NCBI GenBank assembly: GCA_049523135.1
Contig: JBEKNE010000001.1
Span: 210,095-274,094, forward strand
Direction: 5' to 3'
Length of the DNA: 64,000 bases
From: Candidatus Microgenomates bacterium
GTDB lineage: Bacteria > Patescibacteriota > Microgenomatia > UBA8517
Shown: piece by piece, positions 19,198-29,120 of the stretch
Position numbering within the stretch: the stretch's first letter is position 1
How the letters are laid out: every line of letters starts with the position of its first letter
The notes under the pieces: model-generated
Database searches by the model: none
What the model was told of the DNA's origin: nothing
What the model saw: only the letters and a program-made list of their open reading frames with translations
Program-made: the position numbers and the translations under genes

Positions 19198-19232
19198 ATT
19201 TTAATTTGGAAGAATGTAAAAGGAATTCTGAC

Positions 19233-20315
19233 ATGGTAAAAATAAAAAAACCCGAAGTAGAAGCTCCAGTCAAGCAGGAGGGTGGCTCTGCGAAACTTCA
19301 AGCAATAAGGCTTGCCATGGACCAGATTGAGAAACAATATGGAAAAGGCTCAATTATGCGTCTGGGTGGTGAAGGCGAAAGATACAAGATTGACGTCATC
19401 TCTACAGGTTCTATAGCGGTCGATCTAGCCCTTGGAGTAGGAGGACTACCAAGAGGTCGTATTACAGAAATCTACGGTCCTGAGGCCTCTGGTAAGACCA
19501 CGCTGGCCTTGGCGGTTATTGCTGAGGCACAGAAGCGCGGCGGGCAGTGTGCTTTTGTGGATGCCGAACACGCACTCGACCCGCAGCGTGCTGAAATCCT
19601 TGGCGTTGACCTTGATAATCTTCTTATGTCCCAGCCCGATACAGGCGAGCAGGCTCTCGAGATTACGGAAACCTTAATCCGCTCGGGTGCTATCGACGTA
19701 GTTGTTGTCGATTCCGTTGCTGCCCTTGTACCGCGTGCCGAGCTTGAAGGAGAAATGGGAGATGCTGTTATGGGAATGCAGGCACGTCTTATGTCTCAAG
19801 CCCTTCGTAAATTAACCGGTGCTATCTCCAAATCAAAAACTGTTCTTATCTTCACAAATCAACTTCGTCAGAAGATCGGAGTTATGTTTGGCAACCCTGA
19901 AACCACCCCCGGCGGACTTGCTCTTAAGTTTTATTCATCGGTAAGAATCGACCTTCGAAGAATCGAAGTTCTTAAAGACGGAGAAAAGGTAATCGGATCC
20001 CGCCATAGAGCCCGTATTGTTAAAAATAAAGTTGCACCTCCCCTCAGAGTTGCCGAATTCGATATTATGGAAACCGAAGGAATTAGTAAAACAGGTGGGC
20101 TTCTTGATGTAGGACTGGAACTTGGACTGATAGGTAAAAGCGGCTCATTCTTTAACTATCAGGGCAAGCCAATTGCACAAGGAAAAGAAGCCGCCAAGTT
20201 ATATCTAAGGGATAATCCCAAAGTTGCCGATGAAATTGATAAGAAAATCCGCGAAATGGTAGCTAGTGGTAAGAAGCTCCCCAAGGAAATTGGAGAAGAG
20301 GAAAAAGAAGAGTGA
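19233..20315 (+). CDS. recA: Recombinase RecA
   Basis: [16 protein letters not shown] and [11 protein letters not shown] motifs; ATG 19233 preferred. Confidence 0.98.
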   Translation: MVKIKKPEVEAPVKQEGGSAKLQAIRLAMDQIEKQYGKGSIMRLGGEGERYKIDVISTGSIAVDLALGVGGLPRGRITEIYGPEASGKTTLALAVIAEAQKRGGQCAFVDAEHALDPQRAEILGVDLDNLLMSQPDTGEQALEITETLIRSGAIDVVVVDSVAALVPRAELEGEMGDAVMGMQARLMSQALRKLTGAISKSKTVLIFTNQLRQKIGVMFGNPETTPGGLALKFYSSVRIDLRRIEVLKDGEKVIGSRHRARIVKNKVAPPLRVAEFDIMETEGISKTGGLLDVGLELGLIGKSGSFFNYQGKPIAQGKEAAKLYLRDNPKVADEIDKKIREMVASGKKLPKEIGEEEKEE

Positions 20316-20328
20316 GTCTCTCTAAAGA

Positions 20329-20967
20329 TTAATAAATTGGTCCGTAGTGATGATGTGTTGGGGCTTGGGGACAGTTTTTAACTTCTCCCCAATACCAACC
20401 AAATTGTTCTTTATCGAATCCTGTAATTTTTTCCAAAGCCGCCTTAAACTTTTTTACTTTATTAAGCACCTCTTCATCAGGTAATTCCTCTTCAGACTTA
20501 AATTGCCTAAAATGAACATTCTTTTCATCTTGTGTAGTACTAACGGAAGTTTTAAATATGACAGTTTTCCATCTTGTAAGGATTTCCTGTTTCTTTAAAT
20601 ATAATTCTTTCTCGGTGGCATACTTATCTGCAGTTTTCTTTATAGAAGAAATATCATTAATTTTGTCTAGCTTGCTTTTAATAATGTTGTCTGGTGTTAA
20701 AGAAATTTTCTTTTCTGCGAGTTCAATTTGTTGATCAAGTTTATGGTTGAGTTGAGCACAAGATGCTGCTGGGTGAAAATCTGCGCTTTCAAGATAATGA
20801 ATGAACCCATCCGAATATCGAGTGTTACTCATTTTTTCTGTGCAAAAGTTTTCAGGGGTAAGTTCTACGCCAGTTAAGGAAGCACATATTTGTATAAGTT
20901 TGGTGTGGGGACAGTAAGGTCCTTTTTCGTAATCATCTGGATAATTGTGCCGCCTTTCATCGAACAT
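20329..20967 (-). CDS. Hypothetical protein inserted between recA and recX
   Basis: 212-aa ORF; TACAAT 7 nt upstream of ATG. Confidence 0.7.
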   Translation of the reverse strand: MFDERRHNYPDDYEKGPYCPHTKLIQICASLTGVELTPENFCTEKMSNTRYSDGFIHYLESADFHPAASCAQLNHKLDQQIELAEKKISLTPDNIIKSKLDKINDISSIKKTADKYATEKELYLKKQEILTRWKTVIFKTSVSTTQDEKNVHFRQFKSEEELPDEEVLNKVKKFKAALEKITGFDKEQFGWYWGEVKNCPQAPTHHHYGPIY

Positions 20968-21006
20968 ACTCGCGATTGTAAAGTCATCAAGTTATAATGT
21001 CAAGAA

Positions 21007-21618
21007 ATGTCGGTAATTACTTCAATTAAACAGCAAAAAAATAAAGACAGAGTTAATGTTTATTTGGATGACAAGTTTGGCTTTGGAATTGATCTGGATA
21101 ATTTTGTTTTACTTCATCTGAAAGTTAATCAGGAACTAACTGAGCAAGAAATTGAAGAAATAGTCAAAAAGGCTGAGTTTCAAAAAACTCTGGATAAGCT
21201 TTTAAGGTTTGCGATGGTACGCCCTCGAAGTGAAAAAGAAATACGCGACTATTTCCGCCGGAAAAAAGTTCACGAAAGTCTACATGAAAAACTCTTTGAA
21301 AAACTTATGCATTTTGAACTTTTGGACGATGACAAATTTGCCGAGTGGTGGGTGGAACAGCGGACAAATTTTAAACCCAAACCAAAAAGAATTTTGATTC
21401 AGGAGTTAAGAATTAAGGGAATTGATAAAGAAATAATCGATAAAGTGTTGGGTGAAGAGGTTGTTGACGAAGAAAAGATAGCGAGAGATTTAATTGAAAA
21501 GCGCGCTTATAAATGGGAAGGTCTACCCCCTCGTGAGGCCCGGCAAAAAATATCCCAATATTTGGCAGGAAAGGGATTTAACTGGGATGTAATTGAAAAA
21601 GTGGTGGCAAAACGGTAA
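21007..21618 (+). CDS. recX: Regulatory protein RecX
   Basis: RPRSEKEI, LLDDDKFA, ELRIKGI and YLAGKGF motifs; near recA. Confidence 0.9.
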   Translation: MSVITSIKQQKNKDRVNVYLDDKFGFGIDLDNFVLLHLKVNQELTEQEIEEIVKKAEFQKTLDKLLRFAMVRPRSEKEIRDYFRRKKVHESLHEKLFEKLMHFELLDDDKFAEWWVEQRTNFKPKPKRILIQELRIKGIDKEIIDKVLGEEVVDEEKIARDLIEKRAYKWEGLPPREARQKISQYLAGKGFNWDVIEKVVAKR

Positions 21619-21720
21619 AATACCCCTAGAGTCAAAGAAAATGGTTAAAAGAACTCAAATTGCAGCTTCTTTCGCCGTAAGCCTAATTTAAGGCTAATCT
21701 TCTTTGGTTCCTAAAATAAA

Positions 21721-22884
21721 ATGACAGTAAAGGATGAATACACCGAAAAATTGGCTAAAGTGGCTAGGTTGACCTCTGATGAGGCCAGAAAGGCCCTTTT
21801 GGAGGAGGTTCAGAAGGATCTGACTTCCGAAATAGCTAAGAAAATAAGAGCTGCCGAGGAAAAAGTAAAAGAGGAAGCCAGCGAAAAGGCTCGCGAGATC
21901 CTTCTTGACGCTATGAAGCAGGGTGCAACCGGTTATGTGGCTGAATATACGGTTTCTTCAGTAACTGTGCCCAATGAAGATGCCAAGGGAAGAATAATCG
22001 GAGCGGGTGGAAGGAATATTAGGGTTTTTGAAAAAGAGACAGGAGTTGAGATGGAAATTGACGAGACTAACGAGATCAGACTTTCTTCATTTGATTCCAT
22101 AAGACGCGAAATTGCAAAGAGGGCTCTCGAAATCCTTATAAAAGATGCCAGAATCCAGCCTTCGAGAATTGAGGAAGTAATTAGACAGGTTAAAGCCCAA
22201 ATGGAAGATGTGCTTTTGGAGGAAGGCAAGAAAATTTGTCACGAGTGCGGCGTATTTAATTTGCCGGTTGAGCTTATGCGTATGATAGGGCGTTTCAGGT
22301 TCAGAACTTCTTACGGTCAAAACTTGGGAATTCATACTATTGAAGAAACAAAAATGGGGGTTGCCATTGCACTCGAAATTGGAGCCAATGCAGATATTGT
22401 GCGACTTGGATGTCTTCTTCACGATATCGGAAAAGTTGTTACCGATGAGGAAGGAAATCATATCGAACTGGGAGTTAACCTTTGCAAGAAATACGGAATG
22501 CCGAAAGAAGTAATAGCTTGTGTAGCGGAACACCATGAAGATAGACCTTTCAGCAGCAATGAAAGCGTAATTGTTTGGATGGCGGATGCAATTTCGGGAT
22601 CAAGACCTGGTGCACGCTATGAACCCCATGAAGATTATGTAAAAAGAATGAGCAATATTGAGGAAATTGCCAAAGGTTTTCCAGGTGTGGATGTTGCCTA
22701 TGCATTTCAGGCGGGTCGCGATGTCAGAGTAATTGTTAACCCGGATGAAGTTGATGATGATAAACTAACTATACTGGCCCACGATATTGCTAGAAAATTG
22801 GAAAAGGAAGCGGAATATGCAGGACAAATCAAAGTTTCGGTCATCAGGGAAGTCAGAGCTACGGAAACTACTTCGGCAAAATAG
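21721..22884 (+). CDS. rny: Ribonuclease Y (no N-terminal membrane anchor)
   Basis: KH motif KGRIIGAGGRNIR, RTSYGQN, HD motif LLHDIGK, ADAISGSRPGAR. Confidence 0.93.
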   Translation: MTVKDEYTEKLAKVARLTSDEARKALLEEVQKDLTSEIAKKIRAAEEKVKEEASEKAREILLDAMKQGATGYVAEYTVSSVTVPNEDAKGRIIGAGGRNIRVFEKETGVEMEIDETNEIRLSSFDSIRREIAKRALEILIKDARIQPSRIEEVIRQVKAQMEDVLLEEGKKICHECGVFNLPVELMRMIGRFRFRTSYGQNLGIHTIEETKMGVAIALEIGANADIVRLGCLLHDIGKVVTDEEGNHIELGVNLCKKYGMPKEVIACVAEHHEDRPFSSNESVIVWMADAISGSRPGARYEPHEDYVKRMSNIEEIAKGFPGVDVAYAFQAGRDVRVIVNPDEVDDDKLTILAHDIARKLEKEAEYAGQIKVSVIREVRATETTSAK

Positions 22885-23746
22885 TCTCCTTGTTGTCTTT
22901 TTTACCTTGCTTATTTTTGTAACTGTATTTGTTTATTTAAATAGATCTGTTTTTCAAACAAATTCTTCCCTATTCAAAAGATCAAATACAAGTAAGTTCG
23001 GTCAGCTGCTCGGTTCTCCGATCCCGACTCCACCCCCGACGCCAACCCCCAAACCATTAACCGTTGCCGAGATGAATACTTTGTATGGCCCTTGTGTTCA
23101 TCTGCCGGTTCTTATGTATCACCATATTCAATCTGAGGATGCGGCAAAAGCGGATAAACAGACAAATCTGACAACTTACACTGATTATTTCAAAAAGCAG
23201 ATGCAATATCTGAAAGATGACGGTTATCATGTTGCCACAATGCAAGACTTAGTCAATTTTTTTGACAACGGAACCCCAATTCCTCCTAAGAGTGTTCTTC
23301 TTACTTTTGATGACGGATATGAAGATTTTTATACGGATGCTTATCCAATTCTTCAAAGTTTTGGATATAAGGCAACCATGTTTACTCCGACTGGACTTAT
23401 GGACAATCCAGATTATCTTACATGGGATCAGATTATGTCAATGAATGGGGGGATTTTATTTGGAAATCACACATGGTCCCATAAAAATGTAGGAGTATCC
23501 GTAAGTATTATGCAATATGAAATTTCTACTGCCGATACACAGCTTTCCGATCACAATTTAAATTCTCCGAAGGTTTTTGCATATCCTTACGGTTTGGATA
23601 CTCCGGCCTCGGAAAGTTATTTGAAATCACTTGGATATAAAGCCGCATTTACTGAAATTTCCGGAAGTGTCCTTTGCAAGAAACAAAGATTTGCTTTACC
23701 CAGAATCCGGATCGGTAGTACATCTCTCTCTTCTTACGGATTTTAA
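22817..23746 (+). CDS. Membrane-anchored polysaccharide deacetylase (NodB/CE4); start uncertain
   Basis: PVLMYH, LTFDDGY, NHTWSH and FAYPYG motifs; N-terminal TM segment and Pro/Thr linker. Confidence 0.88.
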   Translation: MQDKSKFRSSGKSELRKLLRQNSLLVVFFTLLIFVTVFVYLNRSVFQTNSSLFKRSNTSKFGQLLGSPIPTPPPTPTPKPLTVAEMNTLYGPCVHLPVLMYHHIQSEDAAKADKQTNLTTYTDYFKKQMQYLKDDGYHVATMQDLVNFFDNGTPIPPKSVLLTFDDGYEDFYTDAYPILQSFGYKATMFTPTGLMDNPDYLTWDQIMSMNGGILFGNHTWSHKNVGVSVSIMQYEISTADTQLSDHNLNSPKVFAYPYGLDTPASESYLKSLGYKAAFTEISGSVLCKKQRFALPRIRIGSTSLSSYGF

Positions 23747-23768
23747 TTGTTTATATTAGTCCGAAAAC

Positions 23769-23797
23769 TTGACATTTTGTTCGCTTTCATTTATGCT
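23769..23797 (+). promoter_or_regulatory. Sigma70 promoter of the HU gene
   Basis: TTGACA-17 bp-TATGCT. Confidence 0.7.
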
Positions 23798-23807
23798 ACT
23801 TCGCAGA

Positions 23808-24083
23808 ATGACAAAAGCGGAACTTCTTGATCAAGTTGCAAGAAAAGCACACCTTACCAAAAAGGCGGCGGAAGAAGCAGTTGAAGTTTTTCTGGATGAA
23901 GTCGGAAGAGTTTTGGGTAAAGGAGAAAAAGTAGTTCTTTCCGGTTTCGGAACTTTTAAAGTTATCTCCATGAAAGGGAAAACCGTAAAAATTCCTAAAA
24001 CGGAAAAAATGGTTACAATTAAATCTCACAGACTTCCGCGTTTTACTCCGGGCAAAAAATTAAAGAGACAAGTAAGCCGCTAA
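23808..24083 (+). CDS. hup: HU/IHF family DNA-binding protein
   Basis: MTKAEL, LSGFGTF and PRFTPGKKLK motifs. Confidence 0.92.
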   Translation: MTKAELLDQVARKAHLTKKAAEEAVEVFLDEVGRVLGKGEKVVLSGFGTFKVISMKGKTVKIPKTEKMVTIKSHRLPRFTPGKKLKRQVSR

Positions 24084-24114
24084 CTCCTCAAATTCTAAGT
24101 GTTATACTAGGCTT

Positions 24115-25098
24115 ATGGACAAGGCTATTATTATTGATGGTCTAGTTAAGAATTTTGAAATTATCGAAAAAGAGCCGGGTTTAACGGGTGCCCTCAAATC
24201 TCTAATATCTCCCAAGAAAAAACTTGTACACGCCCTAAGGGGAATATCTTTTGCAATTCAGCCCGGAGAGCTTGTTGGGTTTATCGGTCCGAACGGAGCC
24301 GGTAAAACAACAACTCTTAAAACTTTATCGGGTCTGCTTTATCCGACGGGGGGATTTGTGGAAGTTTTGGAATATAATCCTTGGGAAAGAAAACCGGAAT
24401 TTTTGAAACAAATTTCCCTTGTGATGGGCCAAAAAAATCAGCTTTGGTGGGACCTTCCTGCCATCGAAACATTTGAACTTAACCGGGCGATTTATGAAAT
24501 TCCCACCCAAACATATAGGGAAACTCTTAATGAACTTATCGAACTGTTAGATATTGGAAAGCTGCTTAAAACCCCCGTAAGAAAACTTTCTTTGGGACAA
24601 AGGATGCGGATGGAACTGACAGCCGCCCTTCTTCATAAACCAAAAATATTATTCTTGGATGAACCCACAATCGGGCTTGACCTTGTTGCTCAACAAAAAG
24701 TGCGTGATTTTATTTACGATTACAATCGGAAATACAATGCAACAATTCTTCTTACATCCCACAACATGGACGATCTGACGAACCTGGCAAGGCGTGTGAT
24801 TATTATTGATAACGGAAGTATTTTATTTGACGGAGCCTTAGAGGAGTTGGTTTCTCGATTTGCTAAAGAAAAAATTATTAAAGCAACTCTTTCCGGAGAG
24901 GACAACATCGCTCAGATTGAAAAGATCGGAAAGGTTAGAAAACTTACCTTTCCTGAAGTTACTATCGCAGTTCCCAGGTCAACGGTTGCGGTTGCCGCCG
25001 CGGAACTGTTACAAAATTTTCCCGTGGATGATCTGACAATAGAAGAAATTCCGATAGAAGAAATAATCCGCAAAGTTTTTAAAGGGGAGTTAAAGTGA
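24115..25098 (+). CDS. ABC transporter ATP-binding protein
   Basis: GPNGAGKTT, LSLGQ and LDEPT motifs. Confidence 0.95.
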   Translation: MDKAIIIDGLVKNFEIIEKEPGLTGALKSLISPKKKLVHALRGISFAIQPGELVGFIGPNGAGKTTTLKTLSGLLYPTGGFVEVLEYNPWERKPEFLKQISLVMGQKNQLWWDLPAIETFELNRAIYEIPTQTYRETLNELIELLDIGKLLKTPVRKLSLGQRMRMELTAALLHKPKILFLDEPTIGLDLVAQQKVRDFIYDYNRKYNATILLTSHNMDDLTNLARRVIIIDNGSILFDGALEELVSRFAKEKIIKATLSGEDNIAQIEKIGKVRKLTFPEVTIAVPRSTVAVAAAELLQNFPVDDLTIEEIPIEEIIRKVFKGELK

Positions 25099-25121
25099 TA
25101 AGTGAAACTTGTTAGAATATC

Positions 25122-25925
25122 ATGAAAAAATATTGGAGTATCTTCAAAATCTCCTTTGAACAGGAGTTTGCATACCGTCTGAATTTTATTCTTTGGAGAG
25201 TGAGAAACGTTTTTCAGATTCTTTTGACTTATTTTCTCTGGAGTACGGTTTTTGCGAATCCCACAACACAAATTTTCGGCTACGATAGGACAAAGATTTT
25301 AACCTATGTTTTTGGAATAATGATTGTTCGGGCACTGGTTCTTTCGGCGCGGGCAATGGATGTTTCAAATGATATTTCTCAAGGAGATTTATCCAATTAT
25401 CTTTTAAAGCCTATTAGCTATTTCAAATATTGGTTTACAAGAGATATCTCCAGTAAAGCCTTAAATTTAATATTTGCGGCAGTTGAGTTTACCGGTCTTT
25501 TTATAATTTTAAGACCGCCGTTTTTCTTTCAAGGTAACCCTCTTACTTTATTAATCTTTTTGGTTAGTATAATTTTGGCAATTTTAATTTATTTTCTTCT
25601 TCTTTTTTTGATCAGTTCAATTCCTTTTTGGGCTCCTGAAATTGGCTGGGGTTCGCACTTTTTAGTTACGGTTGTCATAATAGAAGCCTTGTCGGGTTCA
25701 CTTTTCCCGATAAATATCTTACCCGGAGTTTTGCAATCGATAGTTTTGGCGACTCCATTCCCTTATCTTATTTATTTCCCTGTCGAGGTTTATCTTGGAA
25801 ATATAACAGGGGCTGCCCTTATCGGCGGCTTAATGGTTGCGACTGCCTGGTGCGGAGTTTTATGGTTTTCACTGAATTTTATCTGGCAAAAGGGACTTAA
25901 AGCCTATCAGGCGTTTGGAAGATGA
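25122..25925 (+). CDS. ABC-2 type permease
   Basis: Multi-TM, G.L..YLLKP motif, operon context. Confidence 0.85.
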   Translation: MKKYWSIFKISFEQEFAYRLNFILWRVRNVFQILLTYFLWSTVFANPTTQIFGYDRTKILTYVFGIMIVRALVLSARAMDVSNDISQGDLSNYLLKPISYFKYWFTRDISSKALNLIFAAVEFTGLFIILRPPFFFQGNPLTLLIFLVSIILAILIYFLLLFLISSIPFWAPEIGWGSHFLVTVVIIEALSGSLFPINILPGVLQSIVLATPFPYLIYFPVEVYLGNITGAALIGGLMVATAWCGVLWFSLNFIWQKGLKAYQAFGR

Positions 25926-25926
25926 T

Positions 25927-26715
25927 ATGAAAAAATTCAAGAAATATTTAAAAATTTGGTGGATGATGAGCAAAAATTCTTTTTCTATGGTTCTCAGTCA
26001 AAGGATCGCACTTTTTATGTTTTTGACGGGAAAAATTTTAAGATTTGTTTTCTTTTTCGGTTTTCTGTATTTTCTATTGCTCGGTAGCGGAAGTCTGGCA
26101 GGTTATACGGGAAACGAAATAATATTTTTCTTTTTAACCTTTAATTTGATTGATGTTATTACCCAGTTTTTATTTAGAGAAGCTTACAATTTTAGACCGA
26201 TGATAATTAATGGCGACTTTGATTTGGTTTTGGTAAAGCCTATTAGCGCTCTTTTTAGGGTATTAATGGGAGGAGCTGATGTGATTGACTTGATAACGAT
26301 CCCTCCGCTTATTGTTTTAACGGTTTATTACGGAACACTTCTTCATCCTACAATTTATGGTTTGGCATTATTTTTAGTATTGTTATTTAACGGCTACCTG
26401 ATAGCAACCGCGTTTCATGTAATTATTCTTTCCTTTGCAATTATTACGCTTGAAGTTGATCACACTGCAATGATTTATAGAGATATAACCAGTTTGGGAA
26501 GACTTCCGACAGATATTTATAAGGAGCCTCTAAAATCTTTTTTGACTTACATTGTCCCGGTGGGAATCATGATGACTCTTCCCGCAAAGGCAATGATGGG
26601 AACGGTGACCCCTGCTGTGGTAATGATTGCATTTTTGGTCGGATTTACCGCGATTTTTGTTTCTCTGAAGTTTTGGAAATATTCATTAACTAGATATTCA
26701 AGTGCCAGTAGTTAA
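25927..26715 (+). CDS. ABC-2 type permease
   Basis: GDFDLVLVKP, P..IY and YSSASS end. Confidence 0.85.
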   Translation: MKKFKKYLKIWWMMSKNSFSMVLSQRIALFMFLTGKILRFVFFFGFLYFLLLGSGSLAGYTGNEIIFFFLTFNLIDVITQFLFREAYNFRPMIINGDFDLVLVKPISALFRVLMGGADVIDLITIPPLIVLTVYYGTLLHPTIYGLALFLVLLFNGYLIATAFHVIILSFAIITLEVDHTAMIYRDITSLGRLPTDIYKEPLKSFLTYIVPVGIMMTLPAKAMMGTVTPAVVMIAFLVGFTAIFVSLKFWKYSLTRYSSASS

Positions 26716-26720
26716 ATAGT

Positions 26721-27704
26721 ATGAATAATCTTTTAGTTATTTGTGGTCCCACTTCAACAGGAAAGACGAGTTTAGGCATTACTCTTGCCAGGAAGTTTAA
26801 TGGTGAAATTATCTCGGCCGATTCCAGACAGGTTTATAAAGGAATGGATATAGGAACCGGTAAAAGCCTGCCGAAGGGGGTAAAAATAAAATTCCCATGG
26901 TTTGGAAAATATGGATATTACGAAATAAATGGGGTAAAAATCTGGGGTTATGATTTAGCCGATCCGAGGCATGGATTTAGCGTCTCACAATATCTAAAAT
27001 TTATCGAAAGAATACTTGCAGATATTAATAAAAGGGGCAAACTTCCTATTCTTGTTGGTGGAACAGGACTTTACATAAAAGGAGTAATTGAAGGAATCCC
27101 GACGGCCTTGATTCCTAGAAGCAGTCAGTTAAGGAAAAATCTGGAGATGAAAAGTCCTGAAGAGCTTTTTGAAAATCTGGCCCAAATAGATTCCATCAGA
27201 GCAGCGCAAATGAATTCTTCCGACAAGAAAAATCCAAGACGTCTGATTCGTGCCATAGAGGTTGCAACATGGAAAATAAGTAATATGGGAAAGGATCGTG
27301 ATATTGAAAAAAGGAAAGTGAATTTGAATGTTTTGGAAGTAGGGCTTACCGCTTCTGCAAAGGTAATTGAAAAAAGAATAAATTTGAGGGTAAAAAATCG
27401 TCTAAAGGAAGGGATTAAAGAAGAAATAGAACACTTGCTGAAATCCCATGTTGGTTGGGATGTGCAGTCAATGTCGTCAATAGGCTATGGCCAGTGGAAA
27501 GATTATTTTGAGGGTAGAAAACCTGAGGAAGAAGTTGTTAAAGAATGGGAAGAAGAAGAAAAAAAGTATACAGGGCGTCAAATGGTATGGTTTAAAAAAG
27601 ATAAAAAGATTGTCTGGTTTGATATATCTGACCCTGATTATCCCGAGAATGTGGACAAATTAATCGGAAAATGGCATAATAACCTAAATGTTCAGAAAAA
27701 TTGA
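26721..27704 (+). CDS. miaA: tRNA dimethylallyltransferase
   Basis: GPTSTGKT, SADSRQVYKGMDIGTGK, VGGTGLY and RQMVWF motifs. Confidence 0.95.
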   Translation: MNNLLVICGPTSTGKTSLGITLARKFNGEIISADSRQVYKGMDIGTGKSLPKGVKIKFPWFGKYGYYEINGVKIWGYDLADPRHGFSVSQYLKFIERILADINKRGKLPILVGGTGLYIKGVIEGIPTALIPRSSQLRKNLEMKSPEELFENLAQIDSIRAAQMNSSDKKNPRRLIRAIEVATWKISNMGKDRDIEKRKVNLNVLEVGLTASAKVIEKRINLRVKNRLKEGIKEEIEHLLKSHVGWDVQSMSSIGYGQWKDYFEGRKPEEEVVKEWEEEEKKYTGRQMVWFKKDKKIVWFDISDPDYPENVDKLIGKWHNNLNVQKN

Positions 27705-28662
27705 GATTTCCCACAAAACTGTTATTTTTACCGTATTTTTCCTACTGAGTCTTTGGTTCGTGTATTTTATAAGGGGAATAATTTTAGAACTTTTTGTTGC
27801 TTTTCTCCTGATGACTATTATGGAACCGTTGGTGGTATTCCTTGAGAAGATTAAAATCCCAAGGGTCGTGTCGGTATTAATAACTTACATCTTGGTGATT
27901 GGAGTTTTGGGAGGATCAATAGCTTTAATAATTCCGACTTTGGTTCAGCAAACAACCAACTTTGCGAATGCCCTTCCCACGTATTTTGCCAATATCGGTA
28001 TTCAACTTTCAATAAGTGGAGATGTTGCGAAAGGGTTCATGCAACAGATAAGCGGAGTTTCCGGTGAGGTGCTTAATTTTACTTTTTCACTTTTCTCGAA
28101 TGTGTTTGCCATTTTGACGATTCTTGTTTTTGCCTTCTATATGCTTCTGACTCACAACGGGTTTAAGAGCCAGGTCCAGATGCTTTTCGGTGAAGCCAAG
28201 GGCCAAAAAATCAGTAAACTGATTATCGGCATTGAGGAAAAATTAGGTAAATGGGCCAGGGGGCAGCTTATTTTGATGTTGGCAGTAGCGATTGGAACTT
28301 ACATAGGGTTACTTCTTATCAGTGTTCCGTTTGCCTTACCGCTTGCGATTTTAGCCGGGATTTTTGAAATAATTCCTATTTTGGGACCGATTGTTTCCAC
28401 TATTCCTGCTGCCCTTATCGGATTTGGTATTTCTCCTGTTACAGGAGTGGGAGTGGTTGTTGTAGCACTATTGGTACGCGGGCTTGAAGGTTATGTGTTG
28501 GTGCCAAAGGTTATGCAAAAGTCCGTAGGAGTTTCACCTTTGGTTGTGCTTATTTCAATTGCCGTTGGTGCCAAGCTTGCCGGAATAATGGGAGTAATTG
28601 TTTCAATCCCTTTGGTTATTACGTTTGAAGTTTTAATTAGAGAATACTTCATCAAGGAATAA
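27688..28662 (+). CDS. AI-2E (PerM/TqsA) family transporter
   Basis: IPILGP, LEGYVLVPKVM and G..G...SIP motifs. Confidence 0.88.
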   Translation: MFRKIEISHKTVIFTVFFLLSLWFVYFIRGIILELFVAFLLMTIMEPLVVFLEKIKIPRVVSVLITYILVIGVLGGSIALIIPTLVQQTTNFANALPTYFANIGIQLSISGDVAKGFMQQISGVSGEVLNFTFSLFSNVFAILTILVFAFYMLLTHNGFKSQVQMLFGEAKGQKISKLIIGIEEKLGKWARGQLILMLAVAIGTYIGLLLISVPFALPLAILAGIFEIIPILGPIVSTIPAALIGFGISPVTGVGVVVVALLVRGLEGYVLVPKVMQKSVGVSPLVVLISIAVGAKLAGIMGVIVSIPLVITFEVLIREYFIKE

Positions 28663-28670
28663 TTTATACC

Positions 28671-28703
28671 AACAAAAAATCCCGCTTGTGCGGGACTTTT
28701 TGT
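28671..28703. terminator. Bidirectional terminator between the AI-2E gene and rnpB
   Basis: A-run, TCCCGC-TTGT-GCGGGA, T-run. Confidence 0.8.
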
Positions 28704-29012
28704 ACTCTGGAAAAGAGTAAGCCAGGTTCTGTTTTTCGATGATCATCCATCTAACGCCCTCGAACCTCGGGACTCGGGAAAGCGCTTCAAACGTCCCTTT
28801 CGGAGGTTGCAGCGGGGAGGATTGCCTCTTTTCACTCGTTTTCTTTTACCTTTAGGGTAAGAGACTCGACATAGTTTCTGTGGCTCTATACTGGCCAAAC
28901 CCAAGGTTTCCCTTGAGCCTGTCTCCGGCTTACGCCAGACACCCTGCTTTCTGCTGCCTGGACTTTCCTCACCAGCCTTGTGAGGCTAGCGCGATCATCC
29001 TTTCTCCAGAGT
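28704..29012 (-). ncRNA. rnpB: RNase P RNA (compact, about 309 nt)
   Basis: Minus strand has GAGGAAAGTCC (CR-I) and ACAGAACCTGGCTTA (CR-V); P1 ACTCTGGA/TCCAGAGT; TGgTATACT promoter upstream. Confidence 0.93.
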
Positions 29013-29120
29013 GAGGAAAGTATACCACTTTTTGCTACCGATTTCATAAACCCAAAATATTTTTAATATTCAATTTGCTGAGACACTTCAGTATCGGCCG
29101 AAGTTGGACTAATATTAATT

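Noticed and set aside
29030-29120. Mg2+ riboswitch or MgtL-type leader upstream of mgtA
   Set aside because: The gap is only about 90 nt, shared with the rnpB promoter, with no recognisable structure or Pro-rich uORF.
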